DNA of 64,000 nt, taken from Candidatus Bathyarchaeota archaeon (GTDB lineage: Archaea > Thermoproteota > Bathyarchaeia > Bathyarchaeales > Bathycorpusculaceae). The notes under the pieces are model-generated. The model saw only the letters and a list, made by a program, of their open reading frames with translations, did not search any database and had not been told where the DNA came from. Made by a program: the position numbers and the translations under genes. The stretch spans positions 2,989,890 to 3,053,889 of the forward strand of contig OY970340.1 in NCBI GenBank assembly GCA_963717465.1, in the 5' to 3' direction. This document shows positions 46,746-55,857 of the stretch, piece by piece. Each line of letters begins with the position of its first letter. Position 1 is the stretch's first letter.

Positions 46746-46916
46746 CTATCGAGCAAAAAATTCACAAGCGCTAACTTAATAGTATTTCGTTGCGCGTGGT
46801 AAACCCAATTACTTTATGCGTTTTAGTTAATAAGCATCAAAGTAACTGAATTATCCTTACCCAAACTGGCGCAGTTATTCATTTAAACCGCATTTTTTCG
46901 TCTTCCCGTAGCGAGC

Positions 46917-47071
46917 AAACTCTGGAGGGAAAAAATTATTTGTTTCCTCTCTTTGTAGCAATTGATACACATTGTGCGTGTGAATGTTGTATGTTGTGTG
47001 TTTGAGTTAATTTGCGGTTGTAGTTGTTAGTAAGTTGTTAGTTTTTGGTTGGTTGGATTGAATTTTAATCC
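46917..47071 (+). repeat. About 155-bp GT-rich repeat, copy 2, ending in GGATTGAATTTTAATCC
   Basis: Direct repeat of 38371-38526. Confidence 0.92.
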
Positions 47072-47145
47072 CTAAACCTATCTCTTAATTGTTCAACTAT
47101 CTAAAATCAAATTTAAATATACAGGCTTTTGTAATATTGGAATCT

Positions 47146-48282
47146 ATGGCTGACCCGACTGAGTTCATACTACAATTATCCATATTATTAGTGGCTGCTA
47201 TCACCGGTGGGTTACTGATGAAAAGAGTCGGTTACCCAGCTGCTTTAGGGGAACTCTTAGTTGGAATTATATTGGGACCTTCAGTTTTTAATGTGATTAC
47301 AGATCAAGCAACCGTAAGTGTATTTGCTGAGTTAGGAGCCATAATTCTGATGTTTTATATTGGTCTTGAAACAGAGATTGGAGACCTGAAAAAACAGCTT
47401 TTGCCTTCACTCACAGTAGGTGTGCTCGGTGCAATAGTGCCTTTGATACTTTGCTATTTTACTGCGCTGACCTTTGGGATTTCAAGTAATGAAGCACTTT
47501 TCTTAGGTGTAGTGTTTACAGCAACCAGCATTGGAATAACTGTCCGACTATTGAAGGATATGGGGAAGCTATACAATCCAATCGGGTTAACGGTTTTAGG
47601 AGCAAGTGTTGTGGATGATGTGGTTGCAGTTGTTCTTCTTTCTGTTGTTTTAAGTATGCTTTCTGGCGCTGTTAGCGTAATTGACATATTTTTTATTGTT
47701 CTAAAAGCTATCGCGTTTTGGGCTATAATTGTTCTGATTGGCTCAAAACTGGTGGCAAGATTTATTGATAGGCTGAAATTTGATAATGAATATATTATTC
47801 TCTTCTTGCTTGCATATGGATTCTTATCTGCTTACATCTCTGCAATAATCGGGCTATCCGCTATAGTTGGAGCGTTTGCAGCAGGCTTACCATTAACAAA
47901 AAAACAAGTCAAAGTCAAGATGGCTCTTGAACAAACTAAGAGTCTGTACATGTTCTTCGTGCCAATTTTCTTTATATCGATTGGTACTCTAATCAACTTG
48001 AACGTTTTCGGAGAAGCTGCATTTCTTGGACTTATAATAACAGCTATGGCATTCTTAGGAAAGATATTAGGCAGTGCCTTTGCTGCTCGAGCTAACAAGT
48101 TCTCGGTTAAAGATTCCTTTAAGATTGGTGTTAGTATGACTCCAAGAGGAGAGGTGGGACTTATTATTGCAAGTCTTGGTTTAACAAGTGGATTAATTTC
48201 TTCTCAAATATACACTATTGCAGTTTTTGCTGTTATTCTAACAACTTTCATAGCTATACCGATTCTTAAGCAGATACTATAA
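47146..48282 (+). CDS. Cation:proton antiporter (CPA2/NapA-like)
   Basis: GELLVGIILGP, ATSIGIT, VVDD, PRGEVGLI. Confidence 0.92.
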   Translation: MADPTEFILQLSILLVAAITGGLLMKRVGYPAALGELLVGIILGPSVFNVITDQATVSVFAELGAIILMFYIGLETEIGDLKKQLLPSLTVGVLGAIVPLILCYFTALTFGISSNEALFLGVVFTATSIGITVRLLKDMGKLYNPIGLTVLGASVVDDVVAVVLLSVVLSMLSGAVSVIDIFFIVLKAIAFWAIIVLIGSKLVARFIDRLKFDNEYIILFLLAYGFLSAYISAIIGLSAIVGAFAAGLPLTKKQVKVKMALEQTKSLYMFFVPIFFISIGTLINLNVFGEAAFLGLIITAMAFLGKILGSAFAARANKFSVKDSFKIGVSMTPRGEVGLIIASLGLTSGLISSQIYTIAVFAVILTTFIAIPILKQIL

Positions 48283-48384
48283 TGCGCGCTTTTTGGTTCC
48301 ATTATCTTTGTTATTAAAACTGTGGAAAACCTGCAAAGACGATATTAAACTTTATATTTCATTGTTGCCCTTTGACGATTTTTA

Positions 48385-50058
48385 ATGAGTAAACTGAGCA
48401 GGCCACAATTTTACTTGCTAGTTGGCTGTGTAGGGATATTAGCTGCTTCCATATCTATTTGCTTTTATCGTTTATACGAAATGATTTGGAATTTAACGCT
48501 AAATGCATTAACCTACTCAATACTCATAATCATTCCAATATCCATTCTTGCAATCGGCGTCCCATACATACTGGTAAAACGTTTCGCCAAGACTAAAACT
48601 ACAGGATCAGGTACCCACGCAGTACTTGAAGCCTATCACCTTACAAACGGCGAAATCAGCATAGAAGACACAATAGTTAAGCCAACCGCTGCCATGTTGA
48701 CTATAGGCTTAGGTGGAAGCGCAGGACCTGAAGGCCCAAGCCTGCTAGTAGGAGGAGGTATAGCCTCCGCTATATCAAGGCGCTTCAAAATTCAAGCAGA
48801 CCTGCGAAGAAGATTATTCATTGCAGGAGCCGCAGCAGGCTTAGCCGCCACCTTCAGAACACCATTAACAGCCATTCTCTTTGCTTTGGAAATTCCATAC
48901 AGGAACGATTTAGACAGAGAAACATTCATCGAAGCAATTATTGCTTCTGTACCCGCCTACTTGCTAGCCATCACTATACTAGGCAGCCAACCGATCTTTG
49001 GCACAGTACCGAGCGTTCCCATCAATTTACCCGTCATACTTCTATCACTATACCTCGGCTTAATATGCGGACTGTACTCGATATTTTTTGTTAAAACTTT
49101 TTCGTGGATAGAAACCCTCAGCTTACTAATAAGAAAAAAAATTGGCAGCATCGGATTAATTTTAATCGGAGCTGGCACACTTAGCGCGTGTTGTTTCGTG
49201 TCAATTTACACGATTGGAGTCGGCTTTAATTTTACCACTGCAATTATTGCAGGCACAAGCTTCAGCATTTTTGCGCTAATCACAATCGTTCTATTAAAAA
49301 CAATTCTCACTTCGGTCACGCTGCGCTTTGGTGGAAGCGGCGGATTATTCTTTCCGACAATAGTAATCGGTGGAGGAATAGGGTACATTTTTGCACATTT
49401 CTTTGACCCCCAGTATTATGTTTTTTTTATAGCGGTAGGCATGGCAGCGCTTCTAGGTGGAACCCACAAAGTTTTGCTTACACCAGTAGCCTTTGTAATT
49501 GAAACCTTAGGTGGAATCTTCGCTATACCAGCATTGCTGGCAAATGCCGTTAGCTACATAGTATCAGAAAAATACTCGTTTTACCCACTTCAACCCAAAA
49601 CTAGACTTAAAAAAGAAGAGCTGGCACTTGAAAGATTCTACCTTAAAGCAAGAAAGCAGGTGCCAGAAAAACTGCAGAAAACTTTTGTTAGTGAAGTCAT
49701 GACTAAAAAACCAATAGTTCTTCATCAAGGACAATCAGTTAAGGAAGCGTTAGAGGTATTTGAAGGCACCAAACTTAGGGTTCTACCTGTAATCGATAAT
49801 TTTGATCATGTTGTCGGAGTTGTCAATTTAGAGGACATTGGATACATCGACGTTCACAGACAATCAATGAGCCTCGCCGAAACCATAATGCATAACCCAA
49901 TATTAATCGAAGAGCAAACAAGCATCGAAACAGCAGCACAACTAATGATGGATAAAGAGCAAGATCACGTTTTCGTCATTGACAAAGAAGGAAAACTGAT
50001 TGGTGTAGTATCTGGAATAGATATCGTTAAAAAATTAATCGACCTGTCAGCTCAATAG
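48385..50058 (+). CDS. ClC family Cl-/H+ transporter with CBS pair
   Basis: GSG, GPEGP gating Glu, FALE, GGLFFP; C-terminal CBS pair. Confidence 0.92.
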   Translation: MSKLSRPQFYLLVGCVGILAASISICFYRLYEMIWNLTLNALTYSILIIIPISILAIGVPYILVKRFAKTKTTGSGTHAVLEAYHLTNGEISIEDTIVKPTAAMLTIGLGGSAGPEGPSLLVGGGIASAISRRFKIQADLRRRLFIAGAAAGLAATFRTPLTAILFALEIPYRNDLDRETFIEAIIASVPAYLLAITILGSQPIFGTVPSVPINLPVILLSLYLGLICGLYSIFFVKTFSWIETLSLLIRKKIGSIGLILIGAGTLSACCFVSIYTIGVGFNFTTAIIAGTSFSIFALITIVLLKTILTSVTLRFGGSGGLFFPTIVIGGGIGYIFAHFFDPQYYVFFIAVGMAALLGGTHKVLLTPVAFVIETLGGIFAIPALLANAVSYIVSEKYSFYPLQPKTRLKKEELALERFYLKARKQVPEKLQKTFVSEVMTKKPIVLHQGQSVKEALEVFEGTKLRVLPVIDNFDHVVGVVNLEDIGYIDVHRQSMSLAETIMHNPILIEEQTSIETAAQLMMDKEQDHVFVIDKEGKLIGVVSGIDIVKKLIDLSAQ

Positions 50059-50064
50059 TAACAA

Positions 50065-52569
50065 CTAACTTTGATTGTTTCTTCTCATCTTTAGGAGTTT
50101 GCTAAAGCCAGCACGAATTTGAGGAATATAACCGCTAGCAGTTGTCTTTATGCCGCCATTTTCATACATTCGGAAATACTTGATTTTCAAAAAGTCCGTT
50201 ATCACAAACTCAAGCAAGGCATAACCCCACACTAATCCAGCTAGACCCCAGCCTATAGGCGTCATTAGCACACCATAAGCTGCCAGGACCGTTGCGAGAA
50301 TTTGAGTTCCTTCAGCTGCCACTAGAAGAACGGTTGCAGGATAAGGTTTTTCCCAGAAATGATGCTCATGAGTGCGTGCAAGATAAATAGTCATGTGCCC
50401 AGCTACCGCCATTTTGAGAAACATAAGCGTCATAATGACTCCCGTGCTTAAATGAAACACGTTTAGGGCGAGGACGAATAGTAGAAAGCTGGCAATTAAT
50501 CCTGTTGTGCCAAGCAATGAAGCAACCATAATAACTTCACGCATGTTCCAACGTACAGGTTTGCCCTGAATCCGCACGTTATCATAGGCAATCATAATAA
50601 TCGGCAAATCATTAAGCAAAGCCAAAACAACTATCATAACAGGCGTTAACGGGTAAAAACTAAAAATTATAATTGCCAGTGACAAGAATAACAGGACACG
50701 CATCGTTTCTGCAATGCGATAAATTGCATAGTTATTCATTCTGGCAAAAATTTTACGTGCTTCCTTAATAGAATCAATAATAACTGAAAGACCAGGTTTA
50801 GTAAGCACAACATCTGCTGCTGCCTTAGCTGCATCCGTAGCTCCCGCGACGGCGACGCCAGCATCCGCTTTCTTCAAAGCTGGAGCGTCATTTACACCGT
50901 CACCAGTCATGCCAACTATGTGACCCTTTTCTTGGAGCAACTCAACGATTCTATACTTATGTTCAGGGAAAACTTGGGCAAATCCATCAGCATTTTCCAC
51001 TATCCCTTTTGATTCACTATCAGGCATATCAACAAAAGCAGAGGCTGGAAGAATATTTGTCCCAAGGTTTACTTCCCGAGCAATTTCTTTAGCGATAGCG
51101 ATGTGATCGCCAGTGACCATTTTAACGTCTATGCCCATTTTTTGAGCAGTCTTAATAGTTTCAGCAGAATCTTCCCTTGGCGGGTCATAAATCGCAATTA
51201 AGCCAACCAATTGCCAAGTGCCTTTATCATCTCCTTTGACTACGCCTAATGCGCGATGCCCTTTACTAGCAAAGGATGTTACAACCTCGTCAACTTTTGC
51301 TGCAATCTGAGATTTGTTGGAAACAAGTGCTAAGACTGCTTGGGGTGCACCCTTCGAAATTCTTATGGTACTGCCATCGGCACTTTGCACTTTAGCTTCT
51401 GTACGTTTTGAAACAGGATCAAACGGCTTAAAGTCAAGAACTTGATAACGGCTAATCACATTAGCGACTGCTTCAATTGTTTTGGCTTTCGCGATTATGG
51501 CGTCATCTATAGGATCGTGATTTTCTTCTCTTGAAGCTAATGTTCCAAACAAAAGAGCATCGTCAATTGTGAATTGCCCGAATGCACGAGCCTCAGCGAC
51601 AGTGAGTTCATTTTTGGTTATAGTGCCCGTTTTATCGGAGCAAAGAATGTCTACTCCAGCCATTTCCTCAATAGAAACTAGCTTACTCACAATCGCTTCT
51701 TTCTTGGCAAGTGCAATGGCTCCAACAGCCATAGTCACTGTTAAAACAGCAGGCAGCGCCACTGGAATTGCTGCAACAACTAGAACCAATGCGTACTGCA
51801 AAAGCACTAAAGGATTAGCCTGACGTGCCAACTCTACTATGAATACTGCCGAAACCATTATCGCAGCGAGAATAATCAGGTAATTACCAATTCTGACTAC
51901 AGCTTTTTGGAAATGGCTTCTTGCTTTAGTTTCTGCTACAAGCTTAGTGGTTTTCCCAAAGAAGCTGCTGATTCCAGTTGCCGTAACAATGGCGTCCATT
52001 TCACCCTGCTTAACGATGGCTCCTGAATAAGCAAGGTCTGAAACATGCTTTTCTACTGGAAGAGATTCTCCAGTTAAGGCGGATTCGTCAGCCAGCAGGT
52101 AATCGCCTTTCATAAGCTTAACGTCTGCGGGAACTATATCGCCAAGACGGATACGAACGATGTCTCCTGAAACAAGTTCTTTTGAAGGTATTTCACGCCA
52201 TGTTCCATCTCTTAGAACACGAGCTTTGAGTGCTAGTCTCTTTTTCAGTAGTGCGATAGCGTTTTCTGCTTTGTGCTCTTGCCAGAAGCCAACAACTGCA
52301 TTCACTATTAGCAAAAGGAATATGACGGCAAAATCATCATAGTGCTGGATAATTATTGATAGGGCAGCTGCGATTTCTATCATCCAGGGGATTGGCCCCC
52401 AAAAGTAACCTACGAATTTACGCAAAGGATTAACTTTCTTTTCGGGAATCTCGTTAGGACCATATTGTTGAAGCCTGTTCGCAACTTCTTGGGCAGATAA
52501 TCCGGTTTTTGGATCCGTGACAAATGGCGTATCTTCTCCCGCTGAATTATGTGATTTTTCAAACACCAA
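50065..52569 (-). CDS. P-type (IIIA) proton-efflux ATPase
   Basis: FWGPIPWMIE, TGES, PVALP, DKTGT, GDGVNDAP, LLND proton-acceptor Asp. Confidence 0.95.
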   Translation of the reverse strand: MVFEKSHNSAGEDTPFVTDPKTGLSAQEVANRLQQYGPNEIPEKKVNPLRKFVGYFWGPIPWMIEIAAALSIIIQHYDDFAVIFLLLIVNAVVGFWQEHKAENAIALLKKRLALKARVLRDGTWREIPSKELVSGDIVRIRLGDIVPADVKLMKGDYLLADESALTGESLPVEKHVSDLAYSGAIVKQGEMDAIVTATGISSFFGKTTKLVAETKARSHFQKAVVRIGNYLIILAAIMVSAVFIVELARQANPLVLLQYALVLVVAAIPVALPAVLTVTMAVGAIALAKKEAIVSKLVSIEEMAGVDILCSDKTGTITKNELTVAEARAFGQFTIDDALLFGTLASREENHDPIDDAIIAKAKTIEAVANVISRYQVLDFKPFDPVSKRTEAKVQSADGSTIRISKGAPQAVLALVSNKSQIAAKVDEVVTSFASKGHRALGVVKGDDKGTWQLVGLIAIYDPPREDSAETIKTAQKMGIDVKMVTGDHIAIAKEIAREVNLGTNILPASAFVDMPDSESKGIVENADGFAQVFPEHKYRIVELLQEKGHIVGMTGDGVNDAPALKKADAGVAVAGATDAAKAAADVVLTKPGLSVIIDSIKEARKIFARMNNYAIYRIAETMRVLLFLSLAIIIFSFYPLTPVMIVVLALLNDLPIIMIAYDNVRIQGKPVRWNMREVIMVASLLGTTGLIASFLLFVLALNVFHLSTGVIMTLMFLKMAVAGHMTIYLARTHEHHFWEKPYPATVLLVAAEGTQILATVLAAYGVLMTPIGWGLAGLVWGYALLEFVITDFLKIKYFRMYENGGIKTTASGYIPQIRAGFSKLLKMRRNNQS

Positions 52570-52738
52570 TTTTATAATTGCCTTCTATTACATAACCAAG
52601 CGAACAGATTAAGGACATGCATACCAACATTCCTTTTTAATTTTACGCTAGCGATTAAGCAAAAATGCTTAACAATTAAGGTACAAAAGATGAATTTCTT
52701 TCGAAACTTGCAACGTCGATAACAAGCAGGTTGTCAAC

Positions 52739-53120
52739 TTACTTAGGTTTATATCTTAAAAGTGCTGCAAAACCGCCTAAAGCTGTTAGCTTTCCTTTTT
52801 CTTCTGAATCTGTGGCTATCACCTGAACCCTTGCATCTGTCTGCGAAGCAGCATCCTCTAAGACATCAATCATATCTTTCTCCTGCGGCTCATATTCAAC
52901 CGCATGACATCTCGCACATGAGACGGATATGATTTCCCGAATAGCTTTGGCATCCTCCTTATTCACTATTTGAATCTTTGTCAACCCACATTTCTTGCAC
53001 ATAGCAATAACCTCAATTAGGGGAGAGCTATCTGTTGCCAAGACAACCTCCACTTCGCCGTTTTTGAGCCCCTTCAACACTGCATTTAATCCAGCAATAG
53101 CCAAACCGTCTTGTTTGATA
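52739..53120 (-). pseudogene. C-terminal fragment of an aRF1/eRF1-family protein (domain 3 with zinc ribbon)
   Basis: GLAIAG...CKKC...CARC...EEKGKLTALGGFAALLRY; N-terminal domains absent. Confidence 0.75.
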
Positions 53121-53169
53121 AAGAACAAGCTCTACAATATCACCTAAAACTAAGAAAAAACTGCAAAGC

Positions 53170-53500
53170 CAAGCGCGGCACGATCTGCAATGGTGCGGAA
53201 CGCCCTACGTTGCTGACTACCGCCCGGTGTGTTACGGCGAAGGAGGAGGAGAGGAAGAGCGAGTCCAGGCTTCGATGGGCGGTATCGCCACCCCAGCACC
53301 TTTCGGAGATGTCGCCCGTCAAGGTCGGGTCTTTCGAAGATACTCGATCACGAGGCGACGGAGAAGGAGCACAACATCGCGAGGGGCATCCACGTAGACA
53401 GCGTGCAAAAGTCCATTCATGACAGGGCGTCAACAGCGATTGCTCAGCTCAACCTTTCAGCAGAAGTGAGAGCGAGAGTTCTTGAGGGGGTGGTTTCTCT
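53170..53500 (+). pseudogene. GC-rich degraded gene fragment, possibly TFB-like
   Basis: Joining frames gives ICNGCGTPY...LSKILDHEATE...AIAQLNLSAEVR; visibly higher GC than its flanks. Confidence 0.3.
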
Positions 53501-53611
53501 ATTTTCTCTAAGTAATATTATCCTCTTCTCTGAAAGTTAATAATAGTCGTTCAGTTTGGGGAATTAACAGGGTCTCGCCACAGCTGCAAGAAAAACAAGA
53601 AGGGGTGTTAC

Positions 53612-54013
53612 TTAACCCAATACAGCGGGCGGCAAGTCGGTATAGGTCCGGATACCCGCGATCTTATCTCCCTCGAATGTAAAAAGATCCACTGCCTCAA
53701 ACTCTATTTTGCTCCCGTCTTTCATGACTCCCTTCATTCGCAGGAAGGCGGTTGCCTTGTTGTCCTCAGCAATAATATCTATCACCTCATGAACTCCGCT
53801 TCCGACCACTCTTGTCTCTTTGTAGTACTGGATTACTTTGGAGGCGCCCACAATGGGCGCTCGACCGATGATCGTTTGGTACACCACTTTTTCTGAAAGA
53901 ACTGGGAATAGCTCGTCGTATCGTCCCGAATCGACGAGCTCTAGATACGTTTTCACTATCTCTTTCATTTTCTCAAGGGACGGCAATCTGGCCACCATAC
54001 AGATCAAGAACAA
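53612..54013 (-). CDS. SnoaL/NTF2-like protein
   Basis: IVKTYLE...IIAEDNKA...DLFTFEGDKIAGIRTYTD; true start probably near 53998 or 53968. Confidence 0.85.
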   Translation of the reverse strand: MFLICMVARLPSLEKMKEIVKTYLELVDSGRYDELFPVLSEKVVYQTIIGRAPIVGASKVIQYYKETRVVGSGVHEVIDIIAEDNKATAFLRMKGVMKDGSKIEFEAVDLFTFEGDKIAGIRTYTDLPPAVLG

Positions 54014-54036
54014 AACATTATTTATAGTTTTAGAGT

Positions 54037-54084
54037 AGCGCGCTGGCTTGTCCCTAAATTAAAAAGCTCATTTGAAGAAACGCA
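54037..54084 (+). repeat. 48-bp repeat, copy A
   Basis: AGCGCGCTGGCTTGTCCCTAAATTAAAAAGCTCATTTGAAGAAACGCA; 47/48 identical to 54700-54747. Confidence 0.92.
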
Positions 54085-54169
54085 ATCTCGCCCAATCTTT
54101 GTTTGATTCTCAATAAGGAGCCAGCCAAAAACATTGGTAAACAAGAAAAGGCAGTATCACCAACCTACT

Positions 54170-54391
54170 TCAATATCTAATTAGGGACAAAGCGGCGCGC
54201 TGAACTAGAAAAACGCTATTTTTATTCGCCTTGGAAGGAGAACGTGTGAATCCATGCGAATCAGGATAATGATCTAGGCTGTGACTTGCAAAACACTTTA
54301 TTCCAATCGTCTTTCTATCTTGCGAAACCCAAACAATGCGTCCCATTCGAGTGCATTGTGGACACTGCGCATAGTCACCTATGGTATCCAT
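54170..54391 (-). CDS. Small putative zinc-binding protein
   Basis: CPQC...CxxxH; 73 aa. Confidence 0.6.
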   Translation of the reverse strand: MDTIGDYAQCPQCTRMGRIVWVSQDRKTIGIKCFASHSLDHYPDSHGFTRSPSKANKNSVFLVQRAALSLIRY

Positions 54392-54699
54392 GTTGCTGCG
54401 TCGCCTCTCTTCTTGTTATAAACGTAATTACTGTGTATTGATGATTTAGATTCAATACAATTTTTCAATATACCCACTCTTAATATGCACATTTTGTTTT
54501 GCTCCTATTTTTTGAAAAAGCATCTGCCAATTAGCCTAAACCCAAGCAAAAAGAGACACAAAAGATCCTTTTCCTTAGTAATGTACACTGCGATACTTAT
54601 AAACAAATGTTAGCGCACGTGTGCGCCGGTCCTAAAATAGTTATAAGCAGTTTTGGTTAGCGCACGTTAAAAGACACTAAGAAAAAAAGAAGCAACAGA

Positions 54700-54747
54700 A
54701 GCGCGCTGGCTTGTCCCTAAATTAAAAAGCTTATTTGAAGAAACGCA
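54700..54747 (+). repeat. 48-bp repeat, copy B
   Basis: Direct repeat of 54037-54084. Confidence 0.92.
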
Positions 54748-54902
54748 CTCTTCAGTGAATGCGTTAATAAATTTGATGTTACTTTCAACCGTGTTAGCTT
54801 TGAATGTTAATTACTAAGCCCTAAGACTGGTACTCTTGAAGGCCAAGGCTCGCTCGTCACTCCCAAAATTACAACCCTTTTTTGCCGAAAATGGTTCTTG
54901 GT

Positions 54903-55148
54903 TTATTCTGCCGATTCATCTTCTGGTTTAGCTGCAAGTTTTTGCTTGATTTCATTCATATCCTTAAACAACAGTTTATATTTACGGGCTTGGGTTGACA
55001 CTATTTCATTTTCGAAAAGTTTGCGAAGTGAACGAAAAATTTTTTTCGACGGTTCGCCTGTTTTATCCGTTAATTCTTGAAGGGTCAATTCTTTGCCTTC
55101 TGCAATTAGCGTTTTAATCACTAATTCGTCAGTTTTATTAAGTTTCAT
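54903..55148 (-). CDS. Small winged-helix protein
   Basis: LTLQELTDKTG..KKIFRSLRKL. Confidence 0.75.
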   Translation of the reverse strand: MKLNKTDELVIKTLIAEGKELTLQELTDKTGEPSKKIFRSLRKLFENEIVSTQARKYKLLFKDMNEIKQKLAAKPEDESAE

Positions 55149-55268
55149 ATCATCTTAACTTCCTTGGAGTTTTTTCTCTCTCTTATGCGACTTTTAGCTT
55201 TTTCAATTTTGCGGTTAACAGACCCATGGCAATAACCCAAAACTTTTCAAACCACATCATAACCCTCT

Positions 55269-55778
55269 ATGAAGGACAACAAAATGCCCAAAACAAACAA
55301 TACAATCCAAAAAGAACTAAAAGAATGGTTCAAAAATGCAGAAAAAATCGTAATTGCAGGCATCGGAAACCCTATCCGAAAAGATGATTTCGTGGGCACA
55401 AGAATAGTTCAAGACTTGGAAGGCAAGCTGCCAAAAAACGTCTTATTAATTGAATGTGAAACCGTTCCTGAAAGTCACATCTTTGAAATTGAAGAATTCA
55501 AACCGACACACGTCCTCTTGATAGACGCAGCACTATTACAGTTAAAACCTGGCCAAGCAAAACTTCTCACTCCAGAAGAAATTCCAGATTTTTCAACAAT
55601 CAGTTCACATACACTTCCGCTGCGAATTTTCAGCGAGTACATTTCAAAATCAACATACGCAAAAATTGCCCTGCTACTTATTGAGCCAAAAAACGTTGAG
55701 TTCGGGGAAGAATTAACCGTTGAAGCCCAATTGGCAGCAAAAAAAATCTCTTCAATGCTACAGAAAATGCTGAAATAA
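55269..55778 (+). CDS. Hydrogenase maturation protease (HycI-like)
   Basis: GIGNPIRKDDFVG, PE, IDAA, SSHTLPL. Confidence 0.9.
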   Translation: MKDNKMPKTNNTIQKELKEWFKNAEKIVIAGIGNPIRKDDFVGTRIVQDLEGKLPKNVLLIECETVPESHIFEIEEFKPTHVLLIDAALLQLKPGQAKLLTPEEIPDFSTISSHTLPLRIFSEYISKSTYAKIALLLIEPKNVEFGEELTVEAQLAAKKISSMLQKMLK

Positions 55779-55857
55779 TAACTTTGAAAATGTTCGAGTA
55801 ACTGTTCAGGGTGGCATTAACTATTTATTTTTTAGAACTCTAAACTAGCGGGTATAG

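Larger units (their letters stand above)
38137..54863. mobile_element. Putative decayed genomic island at tRNA-Thr
   Basis: Starts at the tRNA 3' end; 16/20 match to the tRNA 3' end at 54844-54863; gene fragments, repeats and mixed GC content; no integrase seen. Confidence 0.5.

Noticed and set aside
54037..54747. Classical integron attC array
   Set aside because: No IntI gene, and I could not fit RYYYAAC...GTTRRRY boxes in the right order; kept only as an unexplained repeat.
55269..55778. Hydrogenase locus
   Set aside because: Only the maturation protease is present; stand-alone copies are common.
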